Shown here: piece after piece, positions 27,121 through 41,459 of the stretch
How the letters are laid out: every line of letters begins with the position of its first letter
How positions within the stretch are numbered: the first letter of the stretch is position 1
From: Octopus vulgaris
Lineage: Eukaryota
Assembly (NCBI GenBank): GCA_951406725.2
Contig: OX597831.1
Span: 80,538,001-80,602,000, forward strand
Direction of reading: 5' to 3'
DNA: 64,000 nt
Translations under genes and position numbers: made by a program
Notes under the pieces: model-generated
Told to the model about the DNA's origin: nothing
Database searches by the model: none
What the model saw: only the letters and a program-made list of their open reading frames with translations

Positions 27121-28461
27121 GTATTTATTCGCTTTTGCCGAACCTAAATCTAAACAAACTAATACCGGCGAGGAAGGTAAACACAAATACACGCTCACAT
27201 ACTAGCGCGCTCACACACACTCACACACACTCACACACACACACGGGCCATTTTCGTCTACCAAATTCAATAACAAGGCATTGGTAGAACCGGAGCTATA
27301 GTAGAAGTCATTTGCCCGAGTGCCGCGAAGTGGAACTGAACCCGAAAACACGTGATTGCAGGTCTAGCTTATTAACCATACACCCATGCCGACGCCTATC
27401 AAGAATTTCCCGAATAAAAACTTATATATTATGTTTGCAGCTCTAATATTTGAATTTGCGGGTTTCATCTGGCCACTCCAGTTTCCACCCTTTATAAGAA
27501 CTGATATTATTTCCATCTTTGCTTTATGTTCGAACAAACCGGTTTCTACACTTTCATTTTTTTTTTTTTTCGAATTATCTTAGAAATATAAGAATGTTAA
27601 GATTAAAAAGTATGCTGCTCCAATATCTAGATGTGCAAGGTTTCGTCTGGGTACTCCGGTTTCCATACTATATAAGTATGATTATATTTCCATTTGTACT
27701 TCATCCTCCAACAAACAAACCGGTTTCTACGTGATATAATCTTTCATATTATTTTCAGAATTAAAGAATTTCAACAATTAAAAATAATATATTCTGCTCA
27801 GCGATATTTCAAGTAAAATAAACTACTTTCTAATTACTTTCCAAATTTACTTAAATCCTACATTCTTATATAATATACTTAATTTAGATATAGCTTTACT
27901 ATCGTTGTTAGGAGCCTCTTAGGCGAAAGGTGTATCAGACATGGGAAAGCTAAGGACCACATTTGATGGCATGAAAGCTGCACGAGCATGAGATGCACAC
28001 CAATTTCGGCAGCGGATGGTCAAGAAATATAAAACGTTTTGGGTGGATTAAACCATGCAAAATTTGAAGCGACTTCGCGTATATGACTAGGGGCAGCGAT
28101 AGATACTTTTAAAAACATTTTTGAAGGTGGGGAAAATGTGTATTTTCTCTACTGCCAAATATAGTTTGTATTTTTTATATCTGATATGAAAGATAACATT
28201 TCAAATGGACTGCCCCCACCCCCAATGTTACTTTATCGAATATATTTTCATCAAGAACAATGCCGGCATTATTTTACTTCTCAACCTGGATAATGTTATT
28301 GTGTGTGTGTGTGTGTGCGTGTTTGTGCATTTATATATTTGTGTATGAATATATGTATATGTAGGTATGTATATGTGTGTATGTGTGCATGTTATATATA
28401 TTTATATATTTATGTATAAATGTAAATATATGTGTACGTATGTGTGCGTATGCGTGTGTGC

Positions 28462-28505
<44 letters not shown>

Positions 28506-28739
28506 CTGTGTTTGCAACAATCACGTCTACTGGTATGTAGACAGAACATGCAATTTTAAATGTCAACGCTACCAACCGAGTTAAGGCACCGATAACATGC
28601 GTCTGCCCACTTTTTGCTCGATGTCTCACATAAAAATGTAAGATTTATCATGAAACATGTGTTATTTACAGTCACACAAACACACACACACATCCAATTA
28701 TATATATACATACATACATATATATATAATCTTGAATTA

Positions 28740-28772
<33 letters not shown>

Positions 28773-28780
28773 TACATATG

Positions 28781-28865
<85 letters not shown>

Positions 28866-28966
28866 CTTGTCCATGTTGTATTTTTCTACATACCTTAATA
28901 TATGTATATATATATATATATGTATATATGTATATGTGTAATATATATATATATATTTATATATAT

Positions 28967-29008
<42 letters not shown>

Positions 29009-29147
29009 GTGTATATATATATTATATATATATATATATCATCTTGAATTAATAACCACAAACCTGGCAATTATGGTTATTCACCTCACACAGAGAAAGC
29101 GACTGACACCACACATACAGAACAGACATACGATACATACATACACG

Positions 29148-29178
<31 letters not shown>

Positions 29179-29949
29179 GCAAGTGGCTGAGCATTCCACA
29201 GACACGCTTACACTTAATGTAATTCTCAAAGCGATTCAGCGTGATACAGAATGTGTGAAGGCTTTGTCATTGAATTCCAGTGAACTAAAGCAACGAGGAG
29301 TAAAGTGTGTTGCTCAAGGACAGATCGTGTCGTTGGGTATCCAACTTACAACCTCACGATCACGAGCCGAATCCTTTACCCGAATCCTTCACAAACATTT
29401 TTCTCTTCTTTTTTTTTACATCGAGGGACAGTCCAGTTAGGCTGACTGCCCGGCCCCCAATTGTGAACTCATTTGCATGCAGCCAATCAGAGCTCCACTA
29501 TCAAACTAATTTATGAACGCATAACAAGTGATGGGCGATAAGGTCACATGGGTAAGGAATGACCATGCTTTTTTTTCTCTTTTAATAATGCTTCTTGTTC
29601 TTGTTCCTGTTCCATCCATGGCTGCCTCTGCGTAGTTATTTGTGTTGTTGCTTACTTTGTAACGCAGTAAGGGAACAGGGTTGCTGGGCACATCACCCTC
29701 TATCCACATTTTTCCCATCCGTGTCTTTACCATTTGGGGCCTCCAACAAAATCCGATAATAGGTATAGATGCAAATCTAATTACTTGCCCCCAAAATAAC
29801 TTGGCCATCGGTCGACTTACAGCACCATTCTTCGCCTTGAGTTTACTTGGTAGAGTGTGTTTGTTAACTTGACAGCAAGGTCGAGGTGAGCTCTGATTGA
29901 CAGTATGCAAATGAGTTCATTAGTGGGGTCCGGAACTCTTGTGGAGAAA

Positions 29950-30135
29950 AAATTTCGCTGCCCGGGCCAGCCTGACAGCTTCTCTCCCTCCCTCCCTATC
30001 TTCCATTAGTGTTTTCAGGTCTTCAACTTGGCATCCAGCATCTTCTGCAAGCCGTTGTATATACGTCTTCCGTAGTCTTCCAGCCGCTGTGGTACCATGA
30101 TTTGGTGTCCACAGCAACATACTACTCACAAGTTC
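29950..30135 (-). pseudogene. C-terminal fragment of an RTE-like LINE ORF
   Basis: LLWTPNHG...GRLRKTYIQRLAED...LMEDREG resembles RTE-clade C-termini. Confidence 0.6.
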
Positions 30136-30210
30136 TTCTAAAAATTTTGCTATTTTTTTCATTACTTTATTATTCGTTTCTTTAGGTAATGCAAGGAATT
30201 TGCGTTCAAG

Positions 30211-30594
30211 GTGGCGGGTGAACTGGCAGAAACGTTAGCACGCCGGGCGAAATGCTTACCTGTATTTCGTTTGCCGTTACGTTCTGAGTTCAAATTCCGC
30301 CGAGGTCGACTTTGCCTTTCATCCTTTGGGAGGTCGATGAATTAAGTACCAGTTAAGCACTGGGGTCGATGTAATCGACTTAATCCGTTTGTCCTCTCTG
30401 TGTTTAGTCCCTTGTGGGTAGTAAAGAAATAGGTATTTCGTCTGTCGCTACGTTCTGAGTTCAAATTCCGCCGAGATCGACTTTGCCTTTCATCCTTTCG
30501 GGGTCGATAAGTTAAGTACCAGTTGCGTACTGGATACGATCTAATCGACTGACCCCCTGCCCCAAAATTTCGGGCCTTGTGTCTAGAGTAGAAA
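30211..30594 (+). mobile_element. SINE family B, duplicated form
   Basis: Same structure as 23292..23692. Confidence 0.85.
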
Positions 30595-31464
30595 TGCAAA
30601 TATAAAAGTAGTTAAATGCAAAAAGAGCGTCACTTGTGCCGCACCCTGTGTAAATATATTTACATCGCTGGTGGGCGGGGGAGGGAGGGGGCGGTGCGCG
30701 TGTATTTGCGTGGTGTGTGCGTGTGCGTGTGTACGAATTCCCGCCAAGACAGCGGCAGGGACGTCAAGAACGGTGACTCGTCAAGCAACAACAGCAACAA
30801 TAAAATCTACAACAACTATCTCTTCTCTCTCTCACGTTATCTATTGTCTACTACAACTGCCTGTAACCAGCTACCACCATCACCACCGCCGCCGCCGCCA
30901 CCACCACCACCGCCGCCACCACAGCCACCACCACCACCACCAGCACTGCCGCCGCCGCCGCCACCACTACCATAATTACAACCACCGCCTCCGCCGCTGC
31001 AAAAACCACCATTATCATCATTATTACCATCATCACCATCCACATCATCATCATCCTCATCACCGTCATCCTCATCATCATCATCATCACCATCGTCATC
31101 ATCATCATCATCCTCATCACCATCATCATCATCCTCATCATCACCATCATCACCATCATCATCACCATCACCATCATCATCATCATCATCACCATCGTCA
31201 TCATCATCGTCGACATAAGCCGTTGAATCGATAAAGACGGCGTCATTGTGAAACAGTCGTACGTGCATCTTACCCGCTCGTTCATGGAGGCTCTGATAAT
31301 TGCGTTGTTAAGCGGGTTGTTAAGAGGATTTCAGCGGGACGTTCTTCGGGGTGGCGACTGCGTCGATGTGGGTATTTGTATGCATACATTTTTGAACGTA
31401 TGGAGGGATGGATAGACGGATGGATAGACGGATGGATTTCTCTCTCTTTCCCTCTCTCTCCCCC

Positions 31465-31523
<59 letters not shown>

Positions 31524-32104
31524 TTAATCATACACCGAGTTCAACATCTCTACAAAACTTACATTAATACGCATTAATGTATGTGTGCACTGTGTGTGTG
31601 TGAGAGAGAGAGAGAGACCGAAAGAGAAAGAAAGAGAAAGTGTGTGTGTTTGTGTGGAGATAGACAGAGACAAAGATATATTGGGGTGTATGTATGTATA
31701 AGTATCTGCTTGCTTAGCCAGCGGGGTGGCGTCATTTGAAGCGCATTGTGACCAGCGATGTGTAGCAACATCTGATAGCCTGGTCGGTCACGTGATATAT
31801 ATATGTATATATATATATATGTATATATAAGTGTATGTACGTGTATGTACGTATGTGTGCGTGTGTGTATATGTAGATAGTTAGAGGGGGAGGGAGACTT
31901 AAAGACTTGTAACGTGTCTACACGTTCAGTAGACCGTGAGTGAACCTGCTCTGTGGCGTGTAGGAGGAAATAGATCACAAGTTACTGGAATTATTACTCA
32001 TTTTAGACTGTGGGGACTGGATTAACGATATATGCTGGATTGCCGTCCTTTGCTCAAGAACTAGACGTACTGCTGAACCGAAGAATCGAAACCACGAAAT
32101 TTGA

Positions 32105-32198
<94 letters not shown>

Positions 32199-32436
32199 CA
32201 CACACACGACGGATTATTTCTGTTTCCGTCTACCAAATCTGCTGTTAAGACTTTGCTGGGCGCTAGGGGCGATTGTTAAAGATAATGGGACTGAAATTTT
32301 CCTCCTCCTCTGTTCTTTTCCTTCTGGATTTTCCTCTAGTATTTTTCTCCAGTATCCGGAAAAGAGCATATGTCCGAAATGTTATAACAATTACTCTAAC
32401 TGTGTGATTCTTTGGGCGCCAACCTAAATAATATTA

Positions 32437-32890
32437 TTTTCTACTCTAGGCACAAGGTCCGAAATTTTAGGGGAGGGGGCCAGTCGATTAGATCGGCTTC
32501 AGTACAGAACTGGTACTTAATTTCTCGAGCCCGAAAGGATGAACAGTAATGTCGACCTCGGCGGAATTTGAACTCAGAACGTAAAGACAGACGAAATACC
32601 GCTAAGCATTTCGCCCGGCGAGCTAACGTTTCTGCCAGCTCGCCGCCTTAACCTAAATAATATTTATTTCTTTATTGCCTACCGAGGGCTAAACATGGAG
32701 GGGACAAACAAGAAAAAAGGGATTAAGTCGATCACATCGACCCCAATGCGTAACTGGTACTTATTTAATCGACTCCGAGAGGATGAAAAGCGAAGTCGAC
32801 GTCGGTGGAATTTGAACTCTGAACGTAGCAGTAGACGAAATACTGCTACGTATTTCTCCCGGCGTGCTAACGATTCTGCCAGATCGCCAC
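32437..32890 (-). mobile_element. Two tandem SINE family B copies
   Basis: 32437..32648 and 32664..32890. Confidence 0.85.
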
Positions 32891-32961
32891 CCTATAGCCT
32901 AAATAACATTTATTGTGGACGCCCCTTGTACTTTTATTGTTTATTACAATACGTGTGTGTA

Positions 32962-33481
<520 letters not shown>

Positions 33482-33540
33482 ATTTCCTGTATTTATATAA
33501 TATTGAGGTCTCTTTCATTCTGTTGTTGTACCAGTTCTGT

Positions 33541-33669
<129 letters not shown>

Positions 33670-33684
33670 GGTGTGTGTGTTTGG

Positions 33685-33744
<60 letters not shown>

Positions 33745-33747
<3 letters not shown>

Positions 33748-35470
33748 GGAGAGGAAAAAATAATAAGGCAGAATGCTAAATTGAAAGTAAATTTTAATAA
33801 AAATGGGTTTATGATAAATTAAAAAAAAAAAAGAAATCAAACAGGCTTTCATTGCAGACAAATTTTCAAGATTTGGAAGGGGAGAAATATTTTTTTTAAA
33901 CTGAGGAAGGGGAAAAAAGAAATTTACAATATTTTTTTCAAAAAAATAATAATACATATATACAAAAATTAATGAATAAGTATAGCAATCCATTGTTGTG
34001 TCTTTATGCTTTTGGAGTTCAATAATAGTCCTTGGAAAAACTTCTTTGGAGCATTAGGATGCATGTGTTTAAATGTAGTGTTTTGTTTGAAAGAGTTAGG
34101 TGTTTGTGTGTCAAAACAGGAAATGGGGTGGGAGTTATCCAGGTCCTGTGAATAAGGGGAGACAATTCTCTGGATTTTATACTCTTTAATTGGAATGATT
34201 GATTTTTTGTCAAACAGGATGCTTACATCAACTTTTTGTCAGGCAGGATGCTAGAAAAAGGAATATGGTCTCCGTGGAGTTTGCATATTAAGAAGCGTTT
34301 GGAATTTTTCAATAAAAAGATTCTCCTTTTTTTATTCTTTCTTGTGTAGAGATTCTGTCTTTACATTGGCAGAAAGGGAATATATGAAATTTGGGATTTT
34401 TATTTCTAGAGCAAGAGTCTATGTGGCTACTGAGTGGAATTTGACATTATTGTGGGATATTTATCAGTTCTTTATGGACTGCTACTCTTCTGCGTAAAGG
34501 AAAGCTCGTTTGTCCAACATAATTGTGTTGGCAACCGGCGCATGTAAGAACGTAGATGAGGTTCTCGGAGGAACAGGAGAAGTTGGTCTTGATTTTAAAC
34601 TTTGCTCCTTGTTTGAAAGTAAATTCAGAGCCTTCAAGTAGGAAGGGGCAGGTACCACAGTTAGGACGTGCACATTTTTTAACTGATGGGGGTGGATGTG
34701 GTGTGTGAAGTTTGGCATTTGTCAAGAGTTTTTTCAAAGATTTATGTTGCCTTTTGGATTTAAGGATTTTATGTGTATTGATAATATTATTCATTTTGGG
34801 GTCTGTGGACACTAAGGGGAGGTTTTGTATGATTATGGTGTATGCTTCGATGATTTTGTGGTTGTGGGTGGAAATGTATGGAAGTATTTTGAGATTGGGT
34901 GTGTTACTGTGTTAGGTGGTTTTCAGGGTATTATTGTCGAGTTCTTTGGCACGTTTTATTCCATAGTCTATTAGTGTGGAGGGATATTGGCGTTGTAATA
35001 ATGTTGTTTTGAGGTCTTGAAGGCGTATATCTCGAGTTTTGAGTCCGAGACAATGGTGCATATCCTTTTAGCTAAGTTGAAGGGGATATTTTTCTTGGTG
35101 TGTTTTGGGTGGCATGAAATGAAGAGGAGGTAATTGTTGTGAGTCTGTAGGTTTGTGGTAGATGTCTGTTGTGATTTGGTTGTTAGGTGTTTTTATAATT
35201 AGGAGATCAAGGAAAGGGAGATGATGTTTGCTGAATTCCATAGTGAATTGGATGTTGGGATGTATGTTGTTCAGTGTGGTTTTGAATTCCAGAAGTTTTT
35301 TATTAAGATTCTTTCCATAAGGTTTTTCTTGTTTATAGTTGGTGATTATTTCATAGAAAGAATTGTCGTGTAGCAAGGAAAGTACTAGGTATTTGTAAAA
35401 GTCTGTGCCAATAAGGACCACAGTACCACCTCTGTCGGTTTCTTTGATAGTAAGGTTTTTGTCCTCTTGT
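33745..35470 (-). pseudogene. Second, diverged PLE; frameshifted and lacking the RT core
   Basis: LTIKETDRGG, IQFTME, LPFLD, IYHKPTDS, KKCARPNCGTC, NLIYVLTC..YVGQT in broken frames; 3' end runs into (TA)n at ~33745. Confidence 0.9.
33834..33874 (-). ncRNA. Hammerhead-like motif (UUGAAAA core) in the 3' end of the second PLE
   Basis: aaatc-TTGAAAA-tTTG(tctg)CAAt-GAAA-GCCTGT-TT-gattt; 5-bp stem I; ~90 bp from the element end, as in the first PLE. Confidence 0.65.
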
Positions 35471-36897
35471 GTGTATGGCGTCACATGAGTGTACCTGTGG
35501 TGTGCACGGCGCCACTTGTGTGTGTGTTTAAAAGAATGACTTCATTGTTAATGTGTTGTGTATGTATATATGTGCACGTGTCTTTGAATATATGTTTGTG
35601 TGTGTGTGTGTGTGTGTACATGTGTATATGTGGCCACTCGTATGGGTGTGATGGAAATTTTGTGCATACGCATATAAAACGAAGTAAACGAGAGTTTCTT
35701 TTTTTTTTCAGAATTAACGCAACATTGTAAATATATTTTAATATTGTGTGTGTGTGTGTATCTGCGCGCGCGCGTGTGTGAATACGCGCCCACATGTGGA
35801 GAGGGTGCTGGGTATGCGTATGCAACCTTTGTTGTCTTGAAGTCTCGTCTATTTTATCGGTTGCCATGTAGAGCAGTGCCTCTCAACCTATTTGACATGG
35901 CGTACCGGCAGTTTTTTTTTATGAGAGGGCCAGGGACCGGTAATATTTCTTAGTAATATTAATCTATACCGGAAACAATATACATATATAATGGATATAA
36001 TAAAAGTTGACAATTTCCTTTTATCTTATATTCATTTTGTAAACAAATAATACAATATTATAATGTTTCTTTTCTTTGCTCAGAAATGAGCTGAGAGGAA
36101 GCTTACCCCCAAAAGCTCGGAGGTCGGACAATGGCGGTTAAAGTCCTATATTGTTTTCGTAATATATTACCGCCTAACCGTTGTGCCTTACCCCAGCTCT
36201 CAGCTAACCAGATTAGAATGTCCTTCGTTTATTTAGGATGGAGCGCATTCCATCGATTAGACATTTCGTCCACAGCCGACCTCCGAAGGCGCGTGGCTAA
36301 ATGATGAGAATAATCGACTCAAGATCGTAAAATCGTCCGTTCGATACTTGGCGGCACGATCTGTCATTCAGCAAAGCACTTTATTTCACATTGTTCCAGC
36401 TCATTCAGCTAGAAAATTATTAGTACTTGCATTTCAAAGGGCAGGCCTTATTGCATCTTCTGTGACGTTGAATTTCCCTGGGAACTACGTTAAGAATACG
36501 TATGCCTTTGGAATGCCAACGCCCTCTTCACAGTGGGCTTCGTATGCCGTGGCTGATGATACGCAGTCATGCTGAAACTGCGGCATCTACAACATCGTAG
36601 GCGATGTTCAAGAGTGGTCACCTTTTGTCAGGCACGTATTCCTACAGATCGTCTCTTTGTCTGCAATCCTGCGTCAAATGAAGACCAAAACTAGGCTCCT
36701 GGCATCTACAGTGTTGTCAGGTTCTCACACCTCACCACAGGTTCAGGGCAAAGGGTTTAAGAAACTTCCCTGTTAGCATTTTATAAAAGTGCGGAAAAAC
36801 GACGAAAAATCAACATCAACAAAAGTATAAGTCAGGCAAGTCAATCCCGCAGAACGCTAACTAAGCTCAAAAACTGCGAGAAACATCCAGACCAGAA

Positions 36898-37311
36898 GGC
36901 GGCGAGCTGTCAGATGTGTTAGCACGCCGGGTGAAATGTGTAGCTGTATTTCGTCTGCCGTTACGTTCTGAGTTCAAATTCCGCCGAGGTCGACTTTACC
37001 TTTCATCCTTTCGGGGTCGATTAAATAAGTACCAGTTACGCACTGGGGTCGATGTAATCGACTTAATCCGTTTATCTGTACTTGTTTGTCCTCTCTGTGT
37101 TTAGCCCCTTGTGGGTAGTAAAGAAATAGGTATTTCGTCTGCTGTTACGTTCTGAGTTCAAATTCCACCGAGGTCGACTTTGCTTTTCATCCTTTCGGGG
37201 TCGATAAATTAAGTACCAGTTGTGCACTGGGGTCGGTCTAATCGACTTAATCCCTTTGTCTGTCCTTGTTTGTCCCCTCTGTATGTTGCCCCTTGTGGGC
37301 AACAAAGAAAT
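36898..37311 (+). mobile_element. SINE family B, duplicated form
   Basis: Same structure as 23292..23692. Confidence 0.85.
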
Positions 37312-37848
37312 CAGAGCCATCCAGACCGTTCAGAAAAGGAACCATATACCAAATTCCAAAAATACCTCAATTCTGAGATCGATTTGTTCAACGAAAACCT
37401 TTCAACGCGGTGCTCCAGCATGACCGCAGTCCAGTCACTGTACCATGTGACAGGAGATGAAACAAGGACATTTGTTTTGCCGTTTCGAGCTATTCAGACG
37501 ACAGCCTCCTATTATAGACGCCATCGTCGGCTCTTTTTGTTTTTTGTTTTATTTTTGGCGGGAGACGAGTGAAGCAGTTTTCGGTTAAAGTAACCGAGTT
37601 TTATGATTAATGCAAGTTCGATTATGGCGTAGCATCGATTATTGCCTAACTGCCAAATCACGTTGGAGACTGATGAATGAATAAATGAACGAACTGTGGA
37701 GTTACATTATTATAACATATAGAGGAGTTGAAAATGGTGTAACCAGATGTGTGTGTGCTTCGGTATGTATCTTGTAGTAGTAGTAGTAGTAGCAGTAGCA
37801 GCAAATTATTCACATATAGCATGTATATATGTATGTATATATGCATAT

Positions 37849-37880
<32 letters not shown>

Positions 37881-38007
37881 GCATGCATATATATATATAT
37901 ATAAATTTATTTTTCTATATATACATTCTTTTATTCTTTTACATAATTCAGCCCTAACGCTGTGGCCATCATGGAGCACTGCCATTGTATGTATGTGTAT
38001 GTATGTA

Positions 38008-38124
<117 letters not shown>

Positions 38125-38400
38125 ATGTATATACAGATACACACACACGCACGTGTGTATTGTGAGTATGTCGGTGTACATGTTTCTATTCCTGCGGTTC
38201 TCATTATTAGTAAAACATCGAGTCTAGCTTAATCATTCTCTTTTACCACCACCAACAGCTGCAGGCGCCACGGTGTGGATTTTTCGGCTCTCAGATTAGT
38301 CACGGATGACAATGGAACAACCTCTACCAACATGACCACCACCGCTAACTCGTTCCACAATCACTCGCTAAGCAACTGGGGAGACACTTTGTGAGTGTAA

Positions 38401-38432
<32 letters not shown>

Positions 38433-38755
38433 AACCTGTTACACGCTGTTTTGCCTTTTGTTTTCAATCTGTACAATTCGTTGCGATTTGTTATGGAAAA
38501 ATTTGAAAACATTGCAGCAACAACAAAAAATTGACGTAATCGATGACGAATTTAATATGTCCTATATTTGTGCTAATGTCTATTATGATCAAATTTACAA
38601 AACTATTCATGATATAAGCTTGTTTGTAGGTCATTACTTTCTGTTTCTGATCGTCTGTTTTTACGTGCTTCAAATGACAGCGATGTCGTCTGCCTATGAT
38701 GGATGGGCGCTTGTTTTGTTTACATGAAAGTGAATCGTATAAATAATTACCACGT

Positions 38756-40615
38756 CCTTGAACTTTTCCACGAAATACTTCCTCCTCTTCAACTCACCCT
38801 CCTTCGAATTTTCCAGCAAGTTCCCTCTTTTCTCCCCCTCCTTGGACTTTTCCAGGAAATTCGTCCTCCCCTTCCTCCACCTTAACTCCCCTCCTTGGAA
38901 TTTCCAGGAAGTTACCCCTTTTCTCCCCCTCCTTCGAATTTTCCAGTAAGTTTCTCCCCTTCCTCCCCTCGTTGGAATTTTCTAGGAAGTTCCCCCTTTT
39001 CTCCTCCTCCTTGGAGTTTTCCAGGAAAGCCTTCCTTCCCTTACTTCCTTTCAACTCCCCCGCCTCGTATTTTTCTAGGAAGTTCCACTTTTCTTCCCTC
39101 CTTCGACTTTTCCAGGAAAGCTTTCCTTCCCTTACTTCCTTTCCCCCCTCTCAGTGGAATTTTCCAGGAAGTTCCCCTTTTCCCACCCTCCTCGGCCTTT
39201 TCCAGTAAGTCCTTCCTCCCTTCCTCTCCTCAAACTTCCCCCGGAATTTGCTAGGAAGTTCTCCGTTTCTTGCCCCTCCTTGGAATTTTCCAGAAAGTAC
39301 CTCTTTTCTCTCCTTTCCTGGATTTTTTGGAAGTCCTTCCTCCCCTTACCCTCCTCTTCCCCCACTCAACTGCCCCTCTTTGGAATTTTCCAGGAAGTTC
39401 CCCTATTTCTCCCTTCCATGGACTTTTCCAAGAAGTCCTTCCTCCTCCCAAACTCCTCCTTGGAATTTTCCAGGACGTTCCTCCTTTTCTCCCTTTCATT
39501 GGACTGTACCAGGAAGCTTATCCTCCCCTTCCTCCCCTTTCTCCACCACAACTCCCCTCCTTGTAAATATCCAGGAAGTTCTCCCTTTTCCCCCCTCCCT
39601 GGACTTTTCCAGTAAGACATTCCTCCCTTCCTCCCCCTCAGCTGCCTCTCCTTGGAATTTTGCAGGAAGTTCCCCCTTAACTCACCCCTCCTTGGACTTT
39701 TCCAGAAAGTCCTTCCTCCTCTTCCTCTGCCAACCCCTTCTCATTGGAATTTTCCAGGAGGGTCCCCCTTTTCACCTCCGACTTGGACTTTTCCAGGAAG
39801 TTTTTCTCCCTCCGCTTCCTCCCCCTCAACTCCCCCTCCTTGGAGTTTTCCAGGAAGTACCACTTTTCACCCCTTCGACTTTTACAGGAAGTCCCTCCTC
39901 CCCTCCCTTCCCCTTCTTCCTCCTCAACTTGCCCTTCTTGGAATTCCAGGAATTTTCCTGGAAGTTCCCTCTTCCCCCCGAGTTTTCCAGGAAGTCCTTC
40001 CTCTTCAACTCCCTTGAAAGTTTTCAGGAAGTTCCCGTTTTCTCCCCTTCTTGGACTTTTCCAGAAAGTCTTTCGTTCCCTTGTTCCTCTTCAACTCAAC
40101 ATCCTTGGAATTTGGCAGAAAGTTGTTCCTTTCTCCATCTCCTTGGACTCTTCAAGGAGGTCCTTCCTCCCCTTCCTTCCCTTCCTCCCATCAACTCACC
40201 CTCCTATTTTCCAGGAAGTTCTCCCTTTTCTTGCAGCTTCTTGGACTTTTCCGGGAAGTTCCTCTTCCTTGGACTTTTCCAGGAAGTGATTCCTCCCTTT
40301 TATCCCTATTATCCCCCTTCCTTCGCCCTCAGACTTTTCCAGGAAGTCCTTCCTCCCCTTCCTCTCCTTTCTCTCGTCAACTTCTCCACCTTGGAATTTT
40401 CGAGGAAGTTCCTCCTTTTTCATCATCCTTGGACCTCCAGGAAGTCCTTCTTTTTCTTCTTCCCTTCAAATACTCCTCTGTAGAATTTTCCAGGAACTTT
40501 CACCTTTTCTCCTCCTCCTTTGACTTTTCCATGAAGTCTTTCCTTCGCTTCTTCCACTTCCTACCCCTCCACTCCCCCTCCTTGGAATTTTCCAGGAAGT
40601 TCCCCCTTTTCACCT
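38756..40615. repeat. Degenerate pyrimidine-rich minisatellite, roughly 40 units, core ttgga(a/c)ttttccaggaagt
   Basis: Core recurs every ~35-50 bp, separated by C/T-only spacers, with two alternating unit types. Confidence 0.95.
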
Positions 40616-40754
40616 AGTCTTCCGCGCAGGGGGAGAATGTTGGTCTGCTTGCCTAACCAGCGGGGTGGCATCATTTGAAAGTTAAAACGATACAAAGCAT
40701 ACTGTGACAACATCAGATAGTCTGATCGATCACGTGATGTATGTGTGTGTGTGT

Positions 40755-40810
<56 letters not shown>

Positions 40811-40869
40811 TCTGTGTGTATCTCATCTATGATTTAGAAACACTAACTTATGATTTTGTCTGTCTGTCT

Positions 40870-41040
40870 CTCAGTCCGTCGGCACAGCCTCTGATAACTC
40901 ACAGATGGTGATTCGACCATTTCTCCTCACAGCTACACGCACATTTGCGATGTTTTTCTCAGTTCTTTTGGTTGTGGGTCTCCCAAAACGTTCGTCAACA
41001 TCGGCATTTTTTCGGCCATCTTGGAAACTCGTGTACTCGG
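40870..41040 (-). mobile_element. Second mariner transposase fragment
   Basis: Homologous to 42820..42975. Confidence 0.75.
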
Positions 41041-41139
41041 GTTCGAATCTTACACTCCGTCTGCCTTATCTCTCTGTTAGTTTCTCTCTCTATCACTCCC
41101 TATCAATGCACATTTAATTATTTGTTTGACATACTTATC

Positions 41140-41459
41140 CAGCGGCATAGCTAGAGGGTGTGCTTCCCGGGGCTGAACCTAAGTTTTCCTCACCTTCTCT
41201 CGGGGTCTCCAAGCTTATAAGAGCATGGACCGCAAGCTTATAATAGCCCTAGTACCGCATCGTTTTACGATATCTGCTTTGAAAGGGTCTTTATGGCCGG
41301 ACGCTCTTCCTAACGCCAACCACTCCACAGCGTGTAGTGGGTGCTTTTTTGTGACACCAGTACTAGTGAGGTCACCATGCAGCTTACTTATAATTGCAGA
41401 CCCAAAAGAGCTGTCACCCGGGGCGGGACACTCCTTCATCCCCAGTAACTATGCTGCTT
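41140..41459. mobile_element. Possible hAT-type MITE
   Basis: Imperfect TIRs cagcggcatagcta / taactatgctgctt with subterminal cccgggg motifs. Confidence 0.45.

Noticed and set aside
32354-32388. Hammerhead-like tatccggaaaagagcatatgtccgaaatgttata
   Set aside because: Core and stem II are too degenerate to support a call.
38756-40615. CRISPR-like repeat-spacer appearance
   Set aside because: Spacers are related low-complexity C/T tracts, repeats are degenerate, there are no cas genes, and the context is eukaryotic.
39154-40617. 411 aa and other Pro/Ser/Phe-rich ORFs
   Set aside because: Open in multiple frames because the C/T-rich satellite lacks stops; unit lengths are not frame-preserving.
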